A DNA stretch of 64,000 nt from Massalongia carnosa (taxonomy: Eukaryota): positions 682,001 to 746,000 of the forward strand of contig OZ287067.1 of NCBI GenBank assembly GCA_965645245.1. Reading direction: 5' to 3'. The translations under genes and the position numbers were made by a program. The notes beneath the pieces were generated by a model. That model ran no database searches. It saw only the letters and a list, made by a program, of their open reading frames with translations, and was not told the DNA's origin. Positions 48,381 to 61,792 of this stretch are shown here, one piece after another. Numbering within the stretch: the stretch's first letter is position 1; every line of letters starts with the position of its first letter.

Positions 48381-50436
48381 TCACTCATGACAAACGCGAC
48401 AAACGCCCTCAAGGGTCCCGTTCACCCTTAGTTTATTTCCATAAACGTTCCAGAAAACGCTATCAAAAGGGGGCATCATGGTGAACCGCTTTTGTGATTC
48501 CGCTCGATCGGAAACCATCGAACCGCCGCGCTGCGGTTTCGATTTCTTCTCATCAGCCGCTGTGATTGGGGGTTTATGATCCTCGTCCGAGAACATATCT
48601 CCCAGCAGGTCGAACTTGGTCGTATGCGAAAAGGCAGTGTTGCGCGCTGGTGGGCCGGGGGTAGGTTTGCGCTTGGATTTCTTGGATTTGGATTTCGTTT
48701 TTATGGCCGCTGGCTTGGTAGCGGGGCTTTCGGTGGCAAGAGATACGCCGTCAACGGCAATGTCACTGCTCTCGGCATTTAGCGGTATCGGCGAGACGCG
48801 TTTGTCAGCGATGTCAGACCTCAAGGGTAGCTTTTTTGGGAAGAGTGGAACACCTCCGTCTTCCGGTGCGGTTTCATACCCGTCGTGCTCAGATTCGGGA
48901 CAGGTTTCGTCGGTGTAGTGGCCTGCTGCCTCGAGCTTGGCTGATAGACGGATAAGGACTTTTGCTGTCAGGAAGCTATCGAAACCCGCCTCATGGGCTG
49001 GTTTGCTGTCATCGTACTTTGAATGCTTAAGATGGGTTTCTAAAACATATTAGTAACTTGATCATTCCCAAAAGTATTATTTTTATTCACCAATGGTAGG
49101 AGCTGGGGTCAATGTTGCCAGCTGTTCATCCAGCTCTTCAAGAGAAGACTTTGATATAGCTGGATTATCGCTGCTGTGTGTGGCAAGATATTTGGTGTCA
49201 ATGATTCTGGGGAAGAGTTGATGCATACGGCGCTCGAAATCCTCCGCCTTGTCAGGTAGCGGTCCGAAGAAGCATGCGTAGAAATATATTAGATCAATAA
49301 ACACATTATGCCCAACCAGAACCGTTCTCTTGGCCTGTAAGCGATCGAACAGCCCTTCGTACTGCTCTTTAGGTTCCTCAGACTCAGGATGCCCCGGCTC
49401 ATTGTTGCAAGACCGGATCGCTGATAAATCGCCACTTACCATCGCCTCCACAACCCATCTTAGCCCTATCTGCCTCTTCACCCGATCTTCGAACGCCTCG
49501 GTTCTCGACTTCTGTACGTTGTCCTCACGCTCTTTATCAAAAGCAGCAACTTGAATGAATCCAGGCCGGCTGATTGTAACAAGTCCTGGATATTCAGCAC
49601 GTACGAGCTGATGAACAAGGCGTTTCTGAAAATTATTTAATCCTCTGGCTTGAAATTGGGGTGATGAGTGCCCGGTTGGAGCTATGTTTACGTAGGCTGC
49701 TTTGGACTAAAGAAAGGGTTTCAGCTGTGCAGCCGTTGAACTTAGCTGGCAGAGTCTCACTGTTGTGCAGTTCTTCCAAGCGTCGATTTCCGAACGTACT
49801 CGTTCAACAAATTCCAGAGCCTCGGTGTCATCGCTTTTTATTTCTATGTCTGCCACATTGGTTTTATTTTGACGTGCAGAAGCTATCTGTCTTGCGATGG
49901 ATTCTTCTTCCCTTGAGAAATATGACACCCCTTCAATAAAAGGTGCCTGTATGCAAAAGCCATGACTTAGGAGAAACTCCACCGCTATAGAAGATCAGCT
50001 AAATGCTAGACAAGGACAGCGATTTTCTTAGCCAGCACCTCCGCTTTGGAAAGAAAATATGCGCTCAACATCCAACCTTCCGTCTGCAACTGGGTTTATG
50101 AAGAAATTGTATGGCCGTGCAACATATACACCTAGCACAAATTAAGGCTCATCTTGGTAAGATTGATTACAGATCGGCACCTTGATCTTTCTCCTCATCT
50201 ACACAGGTAATCCCAAGCTGAAGAACTTGATACCTTTCGGCAGCGATCTTGGTCTCTTCATACCTTTGTTGCAAGCTTGGCTTACCACTTGAACCTTCAC
50301 CAACACCTCTTAGCCTGTTCAGTTGTTGACCAGGAATTCCAGAAAGCTCCAGGTCAATGGTGACAAAATGTGCCGTGGCAATTGCGTTTAGTATTGATGG
50401 TAGCTGGTGATGGAAATCACTGAAAGTTATATCCAT
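48381..50436 (-). CDS. PARN: Poly(A)-specific ribonuclease PARN (CAF1 family), multi-exon
   Basis: DEDD motifs IDLELSG, QLGITC, LVGHNVFIDL, IIDTKYLA and HEAGFDS; C-terminal FWNVYGNKLRVNGT. Confidence 0.9.
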
Positions 50437-52160
50437 AGCTCAACCGTTGCCACTCGTGAGCTCCCATATAGATTGCTATGATATTTCTAAGTCAGTTGGA
50501 ATCCTTTATAACTCCAATCAAAAAGAAAAATTATTTAGAGCTGTTAAGCAAGTTTGTGTCTTTCATTCGTATTAGATTAAGAAAGTGCATCCCATTCCTT
50601 TCCATGTATTCACCAACCGTACATCCCGAGCCAAAACAGTGAACAACAATGCGCCGCAGCGTTCGTTGATGAGCATATTGGGGCTAGAGGAAACATGCTA
50701 CTAAAACAAGCAAACCAGCTCGAAGCTATTGAGAAGATGAGTCGCTATCGCCCGAGGTATGTAAGACCTACCTTTACGTTCAGAAATAGGTGCAGCAGGT
50801 ACGATCCATAGTACAGCTTCATGAGTCCATCAGCCAAAGTACTCCTTGCCTTCATGTCTACGTTCATAACTTAAGGTTGACGGTTTCGAGCACATGATCA
50901 ACAACTCGAATTGTAAGAGTACATAGACTGTCAACCCAGTAAATTTTAAAGAAGACTAACTTCCTTTTAAATCTCAAAACCTATAACTTATCCCATCTGT
51001 AAGCTACCCTTCGTTTAGGTATTTACATAGCTAACCAATCATATTGCTATTCTCTCACTCCGCCAGTCGTTCAATCATTCATTCAATTATTTTCGCGCTT
51101 CGATACCCACTTCTTCAACAGCCAACTCTTCACTCTTAATGTTTCCTCCTCAATGTATCCTCGGTCTTTCTTTGATTACATGAGCAGCCAGATGAGTGTT
51201 TGGTTGAGCGAGTCGAAGTGGGTGGCTAGAAGTAGCTGCTTGAGAGGAAGCTAGGTGTCCATCAAGCCATTTTTATGAACATTTGACTAAAGGTTACCTA
51301 GGGATGGGGAGAAAATGCATGCAAGGCGGGCTACTTTAAAAACCCGTAACAACGCTTGTGTAAATAATGAGAATTGAGTATGTTGTTTAGCCCAATCATG
51401 CCAAACTCCCCAATTGAGGTGTATGAGCTGGGAAAAGCTAGAACTGTTCCAAATTATGCGCCACTGACTAGCCCGCCAATCGATGTTATACTTTCAGGAC
51501 AAATGACGCCTAGTCTTTTTGAATCTATAAGAATTTTTTATTACTCAGAGATTCTAAGTGCAATCTACTTGGCGCACAAGAAAACTGTCTCTATCATCAG
51601 TCGTTCATTTATATCGAAATATTTCATGCTATAAGATCTAAAGCAATAGCAGTGTATTTTTATTATAGGTCAATACAGTGTCCAAGTCTTAGCTTGCACA
51701 CACCTAAAGAGTATATATTAAAGAATGTCGTTGATGTATTCGAAAAAGGTGACGATATAAGACGATATGGTACTCGCCAGGATGTAACGTAAACCCATTT
51801 TTAATCACATTGACTCTCGCAAGAGGATATTGTTATTAAAATTTCTATCCTATTCGGTTCAATAAAAAATACCACCTTTACAAGAGAAATCGAAATAGAT
51901 AACTAATTTTTTCTTTGGGCAATCTTTACACTATCGCTCAACCCATATCATTCCTTTTTCAAGCACTTAGTATCGCGATCCCACTCTTCTAAGTAGAACT
52001 ATTAGAAGAGCGATTATTACTGATGGGAGATGTACAAAGACATAAAACTAAGCTCATCTTACGCGCTTACACTTGCTATTCAGAAGCCAGAAATTCATGT
52101 TTTGCACCGCTCTTACTAAGGCCGTGGGCCCCAAAGCGCTACTTTAACCTCACCGCACAA

Positions 52161-52870
52161 ATGGCCTCGTTATTTACGTAAGAACAAGAAGTCAAAACGG
52201 GCTAGCTTGGATGATGTATCGCTTGTTACTCTATCTCTTGTTCCGACTTCGAAAATAGAGTCTCATCATCCGTCGCTTCATCTATGTTATCGAACTAGGG
52301 GATTCAACTCAACTGGAACAACCGAATGAGATGTCGCGTACTTCACAAGTAATTTCTATAATTGCTTGGTGAGTCCCAATGCTAAGGCTCCTATTGTTGC
52401 GAGATTAAATGATGAGTTTTATACTTCTAATAACTTATTTTCGAGGGTTTTCAAGGGTATTCCAAATATATCAAATGACCAGGTCGAAGATCTTCGGAAA
52501 GTAAGGAGTGGGCCACTTATGTGACAATATGGATCAAAGACCCGAAAGGCGAAATTATCTGACCGCCCATTGTACTCGATTAGGCAAATGAGAAGGAGTT
52601 CAGAAAGGTTCTACAAAGAATCACGAAACTGCAGGGACTAGAGAAGTATTTCTAAGAACTAGAAGGGGATCCCAACAACGACAGCTTCCGTCAGGTCTAT
52701 ATCAGATTATCGCATAAAGGCAGCCAAACCATGCAGATGTGGCATCCTAAGGCAAAATGATCGAGCTCTAGCACAGATAATGAAACCAACACAGCAAGGA
52801 ACAAGGAGATCAAACTAAAGTTGACGACCGTACGTGTTATTGAGGTGAAGACTAACAAAATTTGCAAGGT
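52161..52870 (+). pseudogene. Possible decayed gene relic in an AT-rich intergenic region
   Basis: An intron-like GTAAGG...CTGAC...TAG (52501-52583) joins RLNDEFYTSNNLFSRVFKGIPNISNDQVEDLRK to ANEKEFRKVLQRITKLQGLEKYF* in frame; several stops; no family recognised. Confidence 0.25.
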
Positions 52871-53891
52871 ACGTTCAAGCTACGCCCTTCCTACTGGTCG
52901 TAGAGAGCATTGCCTATGCCCAACGCCTAGAAATCGAGGACAATGAGCGCCAGAAAATTTCCCGCCATGAAATTTGAAAATCTTATTTTGGAGTGCCTTG
53001 ATTCTTTCTGAGAATGTATTCTTTCAACCGACGGTTCTCACCGCTGTATCTACCACCAGACCTTCCCTCCCTCCAGCTTAACCTCCTAGACTCCCGACAC
53101 TCTTAGTAGCCGTCTTTTTGCAAGCAGGTAACAGTTATTACAATTCGAGGACTCCATCGATCTTGAAGACTCAAAACTAGATTCATTAGTGTTTGTTTGA
53201 GTTGATACGAACATCTTACACCTTCATACTCCGGAATATCTTTTTGGAAGAGAACGACGCAACTAGAGGCACGTCTAGGAGAATAGGAGGAGGCAATGCC
53301 CCTGGAAGGTCAGGAAACCATCAATCTTCTAGCGCACCAACCCCCCCGGATATTCTACCGCCTTTAAATAATTGAAATAAATGTGCCGAATATCAAACCA
53401 TCTACAGAAATTCCCACTGAGCCGGCCGTAACAAAGAAGAAGCAGGAGGAGGAAACCCAACCATCTCAGCAAAGTGTTCAGTCTCGCTACATTTCCTGCC
53501 GTTCCTGATATTGTCCTAATTGGCTAGTAACTCTGTAGCAATGAGAACGTGGGACTGACGGTTTCGTTGTTTCCTTTTCCATGAGGAGGGGAAGATATGT
53601 ATGAACGAGGGAAAAGGTATTTGCGGGGTTTGATATAGTTCTAGGCACACACACGAAGAGGCTATTTGGGGGGTTGGAGCGAAATGCTAGATAAATTGAG
53701 AAGAGCACTATGAGTCGTCTCCCTACCGACAGGTTCTACTTATTTACTAGTCGATATTCGTCCATTCCTTCTGTGATACTAACACTTTAGGACTGTCCTA
53801 TAGGTCACGTGGCCAAGCTTTTGCCGCGCGATTATCAATTCCGCCATACCTCGACCTCATCCTCATTTTTTCATGAAATAATTAGTAAAGA

Positions 53892-55312
53892 ATGAGCGAG
53901 TCAATTACAAACACTGCCTTGGTTGAGCCTGGCCTAGAACTTTCTTCAAGATCGCAACTGCTCGGATCATCAATTGGATCGCTCTCCTCCGCATCGCGAC
54001 GAGAAACCTCTCCAATCTCCAAGGCCTACAAAAATGCATCAAACCTCTTCCTGACAAGGAGACTTTCCGAGGCTTTGTCTATACTTGAACCGATCATTGT
54101 GAAACCGCTTGACCTGACTTCTAGCGATGAATATGAAGAGGCGCCTATTGCTGGGGTAAGCCGGAGTTCAAGAATCAAAGTATGGAGCTTATACCTCACC
54201 CTTGTCAACGCTATCATTGAGTTAGGGCCTGAAGATGGCAAGGCCGCTTTTGGTAATAAGGCTTGGAGGGATATCGTCAGCAAGGCTCGAGATGGTGGGA
54301 TTTGGGAAGAAGTGGTGCAAGTAGGTTACAATGGCATTGAAGGAAACGTCGATGCTGAAGTTGTCATCAACCTGTATGCCCTCTATAATGTATGTGTAGG
54401 CCAGGAGCTGACAAATTTGGTAGAGCAACAATTTTACTTTCTCAGTCGTCTTCTCAAGTCATCAATCAACAGCGCATGGAATCATATCTATCTGCGTCAA
54501 ATCAACCTACTACCGATATAAGAGAACCCAGTGGTACTAGCAATAACGTTAATGGGCGCAAAGGGTATGGTAATAGTACTGGTAGTCCCCGTGACCTTGC
54601 ATCACACATTAAACTATTAGAGTTATACTTCCTACACATTCTCCCTCGCAATGATGAATGGGAATATGCCAGGGAATTTATCGGTATAAACAAGATGCTT
54701 GATGAAGAAAACCGTGCGGCATTCTTGCAAGCTTTGCAGACTCTTGAACAATTTAAATCACAGGACCATGAAACCGAGGAGAGAATAGCCCAAGAACAAG
54801 AAGATCGTTCTAAAGGAGAGCGGCAGGAGATAGAGAAGGAAATTTTGCGACAGGTCCACGCAAAAGACGAACGCCTTGCTTATGAGCAAGAGCTAAACGG
54901 ACATAAAAGAGTGGAGAGTGAGAAAGACTATGGAATTGATGTTCCTAACCCGGCGCCGATAAGCGGCAAAACAGGTACCATCTCCTCCAAGCCCATAGCC
55001 AAGGTGACGAAAGATAAAAATCGACAAATTTTACAAATTCCGTCGACTACCTCGCTCAGTAATTCAAAAAAGCTAGGCCTCTATAGTCATAGCCTAGCGA
55101 TTACAAATGCCTTGCAACGCCTTGTTTTAAATATTGTGTACTCACTCTCAAAGAATCCTATGCCGCTGCTAAGATTTGTGTTCTTTGTCATGGGACTTGT
55201 TGTGGCGCTGAGCCGGCGTGGTGTGAAAGACAAAATTGGAAGAATTACAGGTGTAGGGTGGGACAAGGTAAGGCGAACGGTTGGGATGGGCGTCAAGGTC
55301 AGCTATATCTGA
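53892..55312 (+). CDS. PEX26: Peroxin 26, 2 exons
   Basis: YKNASNLFLTRRLSEAL, RIKVWSLY, IWEEVVQVGY, LELYFLHILPRNDEWEYAREFI, and a C-terminal TM segment followed by GWDKVRRTVGMGVKVSYI. Confidence 0.92.
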
Positions 55313-57609
55313 AGTTCTCTTGTGCTACGAAGTTTTTTAAACTTGCGAGCATAGGCAATAAAGAGACGATTAATTTTTTCGCAAAACACCCGTTAGCTGA
55401 ATACTTATACCTGATTGCTATGGTCTTTTGGATATCTTTTATAGGGGCGAGACGGCTGAGACATAGCGTGCAGCGCACTACTTTCGTCCAGGTGATGACA
55501 ATACTCGGCCTCACACCTCATTGATAACTTGGTAGACTGAACTTGGTGGACTAAACTACTTCGGGAACCAAAATGCCCTAGCGGGATTTTGCTTTCATGG
55601 TTCCTCAATTAACGCTAACCGGTTCGAGAATTTTTGAATCTTCTATCGAACTGGACTCTCACTTCCACCTAGCTTTGGAAGCGTCCCTCCCAATTCCTAA
55701 ATGGGGCGGACCATCTCTATCAGAATATGATGGTCTGGTTGTGCTAGGTATTTGAGCTATCAACTAACTAACTTAGATCTTAAATCTATGCGCTGATTCG
55801 GGCGTGGGTTCGAAGAAAAGAGCGATCTTTTGGCTTTAAAACAGAAGGGTTGCAGAGTATACATTCTAAGGGAGAGATACTGCGTAGTGTCTCTATCCTG
55901 GGCTGAGAGACAGATCCTCCTCTTGGAGTATCATACGAGGTTTCTTGTGTTTCAACGTTATCCAATAGCCCACAGATATCTTGTACATTTGTAAAGAAGG
56001 GGACACTCGACATTCCTAAGATACGAGATCTTTATAGAACCTTCTGTGTCTTTTTTTTGTAACATGATTTTCAATATCCTCGTCTTCACTTCGAGCCAGT
56101 TACAATTGCAAGTAAGTTGACGGACGTATCTTTTTCAAACGCATAGTTACTGCCTCATACTTACTTGGCCAGGACAACACTCTGGCTGAGTTCCCTCATA
56201 TAACACTTCTTCACATTTTCAGTCTATAAAACATGTCTCCCAATTTGCTATGCTATCTTTCAACCTATGTGAAATGCCCAGTGATGGGTTTCCTCTCTTC
56301 TGCGTGTGGTACATGCTCTAGCTGCGTCCAAAGAGTCGGACATTCAAACCTTTGCCGCACGGCTGCCTTCGCGGTGGATAATAAGGCGACCCGAAACTTG
56401 ATTGAGAAGAATCAGAAGCAATAGGAACGATAATTCAAGAGATATCATTTTAGAAAAAAAACCCCTCCCTCAATTGTTAAAGGATAAAGATACAACAACA
56501 TGAAAAGTGGGAGAAGCCAAAATCAAAGATCCGTCTAAGGCTGCATTGATGTATCGAGAACAGACTCGGTTACGTGAAGGGCTTCGTTCCCCGCGAGCAG
56601 CTAGTTGATGTGGAAGAATTTTAGGGATCATAACCTACTCGGAAGACTCATGCTAGAGATACTTGAAGTAAGTCCGACTTGTTGGGAAAATAGCGACGGA
56701 GAAGGAAGAGAGGGCTAGGGATTCGGTTGATTAAATCAAAGGGATAAACGCAGATAATATCTTGTTGATACTTCACACTAAGGTTTAGTTATCATAGTGA
56801 GAACGATTTAGATGGGATGAACGAGGGAGTAGAAGAGAACTTGAAGGGATGGTTCATTCACAGTCCCATGTAATCAAATTAGGTAGATACAAATGACCCA
56901 AATAAAAGGGATGAGAAATCATTAGATTTTTTTTTACCCAGTACAGATCTAACACTTCGAATTTACTGTTGGGCAGGAAATGGCGATAGAGATGGGAATT
57001 AAAGGTTGCGAGACAGGGGATTGCCGGGTTTAGCTATTAGATTTGTCAAATCTAATGGATTTCATGTATATAAGTTCGCTGCCTTTAAGAGCTACAGAAA
57101 GTTCTATCGAGAATGAGCTACAAGGTGAATTGCTGAAATATCACAATACATCAAGTGCAGCCACGCCTTAATTTGCCGGAAGGTCTTTGGGGCCAACGTT
57201 GGCTTCCTGGATCTAGAGAAGGTGGTTAGAAATGATACCTAGAACACCGAGACCAAAGACAAAGTAAAACCTTTCCAATGGAAACAGCATAGTCCTGCCA
57301 TCTTTTCTAGTTACTGTCCAGTTTGAGGTTTCATTTAAGCAGGAAGTCGTTTCGGGCTAACGACATAAATCTGTAAACTACTCGACGTTTTGATTATATT
57401 GTGCTTTGAGCACATAATCTTCCTGTTTGCATGTACTTGTATTCTGTCTTGATAGGGCGTTTTGCAATAAGTGACCATTGTAGCAGCGTACATGTTTGGT
57501 GCCAGTAGGTATAGTTCAAGTCCAGGGGTTGACCAGTTCCTACAACCCCTGCTTTTATCGTTTGAAAGTTCAATCAAGGTTTGGATGCGGCCAAAAATTT
57601 TGCGACTTT

Positions 57610-58055
57610 CTAATGATTCCTGAATGTTTTCTTTTGATAGAATAGATCTGTTCTTGAGCTCCCCAAATTGATAATCTTTGGACAGCCATCTCGATCTTTC
57701 TCTAATCGGGTGCATTCGAAGCAATAGAAAGCATCTGAAATTCCCTAATGAATATATCAGCATGGCCACTCATAACGTAAAGAGGGTTCCAATTTCCGAA
57801 AACATACCTCCCCACCGCATACAACGCACTTATTCTGGTAGTTGCCAAAGGAGCATTCGTCACAGATCCGAACGAGAGTTGTAGGCCGAACATAGCTATC
57901 ACACACAGGACACTTTCCATCACATTTGTCGCAGAGCCGTCCTATTGCTATGCCGGGTTGCTTTCTGCACATAACCAAGTCACTACACCCAGTAAGTTAG
58001 TCAGGTTAGGGGCTTGTGGTTGAGACAAAAGAACTTACGGATGATGGCGTGACAT
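57610..58055 (-). CDS. RDS3: PHF5A/Rds3/Ini1 SF3b splicing factor, 3 exons
   Basis: [39 protein letters not shown]...[46 protein letters not shown]. Confidence 0.96.
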
Positions 58056-58297
58056 AGTGTTCTAGTTAATTAGCTTGGTATTTTTGAAAAGATATTTGAA
58101 AGTATGCAGGCTGTGCGATCTTTAAGCAGCCTTGAGGATAATTCTTTTGGTGAGTAATTGCAGAGAACTCCAAAGAAATATTTGTCATTGGTCCGAGCTT
58201 TCACTAGCGTAAATGTTCTTGGCATCTCCTCAGATTTGAAATTCTAACAACATGATCAATAAAAGTTGTTCCTCTTTGATAGGTTAGCCTAGATTCC

Positions 58298-59365
58298 ATG
58301 GCCCAAATACAGTTGTAAGTTCAATGGAGGTTTCTGTAAAGAGTGCCATTTAACTTAATATACTGTAGGCCCGTTGCTTCTGCGGTCATAGTACCTGATC
58401 CCGTTGAAGAACCCCAACCTTCCTCTCTGTCTGCGAAGCGCAGATATGGCTCCTTGTCAGAGGAAAATGTCAAACGACTGAGACTGATTCAAGCTCCTAG
58501 CCATAGCACGGCAGATGGGGTTAAGCAGCACTCGCCTTCGCAGGACCAACATTCCGAACGGCGGAGGAGTGGGCACGTGGAGGAGCGCAAACGAGGGCAG
58601 AGATTGTTTGGCGCTCTGCTCGGCACTTTATCCCAGAGCTCATCTTCAACAGCACAAAAGCGCCGGTCAGATATTGAAAAGAAACAGCAGGCCAAGCTAA
58701 GGCTACAGACCGAAGAATACGACGAGAAAAAGAAGCAGCAACTGGAGGCTCTTATAGTTGTCCGCCAAAGAGAGCAGAAAAAATATAATACAGAATCGGT
58801 GAGCCTCATCCCTCTATGAGATTATGATAGAAAATTCCTTGAAGTCTATCCTGACAACTTGCAGATGCGTATTCGCCACTCAAATACTTTAGCCGCTGCT
58901 CGGTTTCTTCAAACGGAAGCAGAACCAAAGCTAGTATGTAAGCCAAAATTTGCCAGGTGAACAAAAACTAATTAAGTCGCCTAGTATTATAAGCCTTGGG
59001 AACTTCTGCCAGGCGACGACGAGAAGATTAGGTCGCAAGTGGAGGAAGCTGAAAGAGTGGTTGCACATGAACTTGCACAACTCAAAGCTGAAAACCCTGG
59101 ATCCGAAGAGGATATTGTACTCGATGCCAACACGGAGGCTTCAAATGATGCCGATGATGCCGTTGGTTCAACAGCTACGGTGGGTCTTGCGATTGCTTTA
59201 CCAGAAACTTCTATTTCCGCTGCCAATGGCGACACTAACCCTGAAATTTCTTCTGCTCCCGAAATTCCGCCAAAGGTCGATGAGCCTCCTGATACTTCCA
59301 GAGACCAAGGGGATGATGGGGGTGAGATAGTACTGGAGGGGGAGGAAGATACGGTTATCTACTAA
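58298..59365 (+). CDS. Pinin/SDK/MemA-domain protein, 4 exons
   Basis: EERKRGQRLFGALLGTLSQ, KRRSDIEKKQ, MRIRH...FLQTEAEPKL|YYKPWEL, C-terminal EGEEDTVIY. Confidence 0.9.
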
Positions 59366-59799
59366 CTATGAATTACTTTCCATTATCGGTTCTTAATTTC
59401 GAAGCAGCAGGTCAAGGTTTGGGTTCAAAACCTTGTGGTGTAAGCTCATATAATGGTTTTGTAACCAAATCCTACCATGTCATTGGCAACCTATGTTACC
59501 AAATGCCTACATGCTCTACTGCTTCGCAAAATATGCAGCAACCGCCTATCATCAAGCTTCCGGCCCTTCTTTGCAAGCATAGATCATATGTAGGATTTAT
59601 TGAGCTCTTTTCCTCTGCACCGCAGGATCTCGCTTCCGGCTAAGGAATGCATGGTCAGTGCTCAGCAGCATGTCCGCGATACGGTTAACTATATGCGCTC
59701 CCTCAGCAATTTCTTCAATCTTTTTACCACGGCCCGTAGTTCCATTCTAGCTCTCTAAGTCTTTTCTTGAGAGTTCACTTATCAGCAACTGTATCCTTC

Positions 59800-61119
59800 A
59801 TGCCTATTGACCCAATCAATCCTACCAGCGATCATCGAGTTAGTCATTACAATGCTGAAGTGAATGGCAAGACCTATCGTGAGAACCCATCGCCAAGAAA
59901 CTTTAAGACTCCTTAATGAAAGTCGGCAGACTATCTTCTCGGTCTCCCGGAAGGTGGATATAAGGCAACCATATTTTTGGTAATGACCTAGCAGCATAGA
60001 TCAAGACCTAAAAAGCTGATCAGCTAGTAAAGATCCATGGATGGCCAGATCTTTCTATCGGATGGAGAAATCAAATTCCTTTCCTACTACAAATGAGGTA
60101 TCGAGTAGTTTGTCCGGATATCATGGGTTTTGGCGGAACAGTAGGTAGCTTAAAGTAGATTGCGGGATGTTCATGCTGATCATGATAGGACGCTCCTAAA
60201 GTACCTCCTGAGGCACTTTCTCTGTACGGCTACAAAAGAGCCGCGGACGATATCTCGGAGCTCGCGCGACAACTGAAAGCTCCGGAGATTATTCTCGGCG
60301 GCCATGACTGGTGTGTCTATGTCTAAAGCACATGCCGCGACGTTGCTCATAAAGATAGGGGAGGAGCAATAGTATACAGAGTAGCGCTCTGGTATCCTCA
60401 ATTAGTTACACATCTCTTTGCAGTCTGTACTCCATATTCTCCTCCTTCGAAGACTTTCAAGCCTCTTGAATATTACGTCCAGAAGGGGATCCTCCCTAAT
60501 TTTGCGTATCAACTCAAGCTTGCAGAGGGGCAGGTTGATAGCCTCACAACGAGAGATCAAATCAAGCAAATCCTCAACGCGGTTTATGGTGGGCTTGGTC
60601 CGAAAGGAGAACTAGGATTTGACACGGAGCACGGAATGTATCTGGCAAACCTCCCTATCTTGCGCAAATCAAGACTGATCGATGAGGCTATGTTGAATTA
60701 TTATGCGGATCAGTATTCAAAGCGAGGGCTGCAGGGGACCAGTAAGCTGGTGAAATCACGAGCCTGGATTGGATTGCTTACTATAATCTTAGCGAATTGG
60801 TATCGAACGAAGGAACAGAACTTTCAAGACGAATTGTCGTAAGTGCTTTGCTGATGTTTTATTATCATGTTTCTCAGGCTAAACTACACGTAGTCTTGAC
60901 AAAACTACAATTGAGGTTCCAGTGTTATTCATACAAGCGACAAAGGATCATGCGCTCCCCCCAGCAATGTCTGTGGGCATGGAACACTACATACCGAACA
61001 TGACTCGGAAATCAGTAGAAGCGAGTCACTGGGTATTGTGGGAAAAACCAGTTGATGTCAACAAATACATCAAAGAATGGCTGGAGGAGGTCGTTCTACG
61101 GTGTAAAAGCGTGCTGTAA
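59800..61119 (+). CDS. Epoxide hydrolase-like alpha/beta hydrolase, many exons
   Basis: HGWPD oxyanion motif, PDIMGFGGT, GGHDW|GG nucleophile elbow, NWYRT, catalytic His in SHWV. Confidence 0.9.
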
Positions 61120-61792
61120 GACTCATTCGACGGTGACTTACTTCAGATTGTTACAAGATATTAAAACACCGACAAGCTGACAAATCGTAACTCCGCCATG
61201 AATGCTTAATCCACGATTAGAGCGTAGGAATAGAAGGGAGCAGCCAGACGCTGATCTCTAAATAGACGAACGAATGCTGGATGGATGCAGGATGGCGATC
61301 CATGGCGTGCATAGGGAGGGGATAGTACCGTGCTACCGTCCGCTGCTACCATGCCTAGCAATGGTTTATTTTTATAGTTCTTCACTGGGTACTGTGTGCA
61401 AATCCATGAATTTTTCGCTTCATTGCTTCTTCATCCAAAAGGGCAGCCATTTCATTCGATAAAGCCTTCTTAATACAACATCATCAGTTTCTGGCTGCCT
61501 TCTATGTTTAACATGGCCGTTGACTCAATAATCACCAGCCTTGTACTAGTCCTCAGTAATCTCCACGTGCTAATGCAGTCATCATCAGGTCCAACATTAT
61601 AATGCAACGTAGAACATCCGCTACTATAAACCAGTGATTATCCACAGAAGTCTAGAAGATGCCTGGTTGCTCTGCGGCGTTGGTTCCGAGGTTGTTGGGT
61701 TTTCTTTCTTACATCATATAAGTAATATCATTTCAACTTGCTTCTCAACATTTCTCTTACTTTGATCGTTTGGCGTTCCTTCATCCTCAAAA

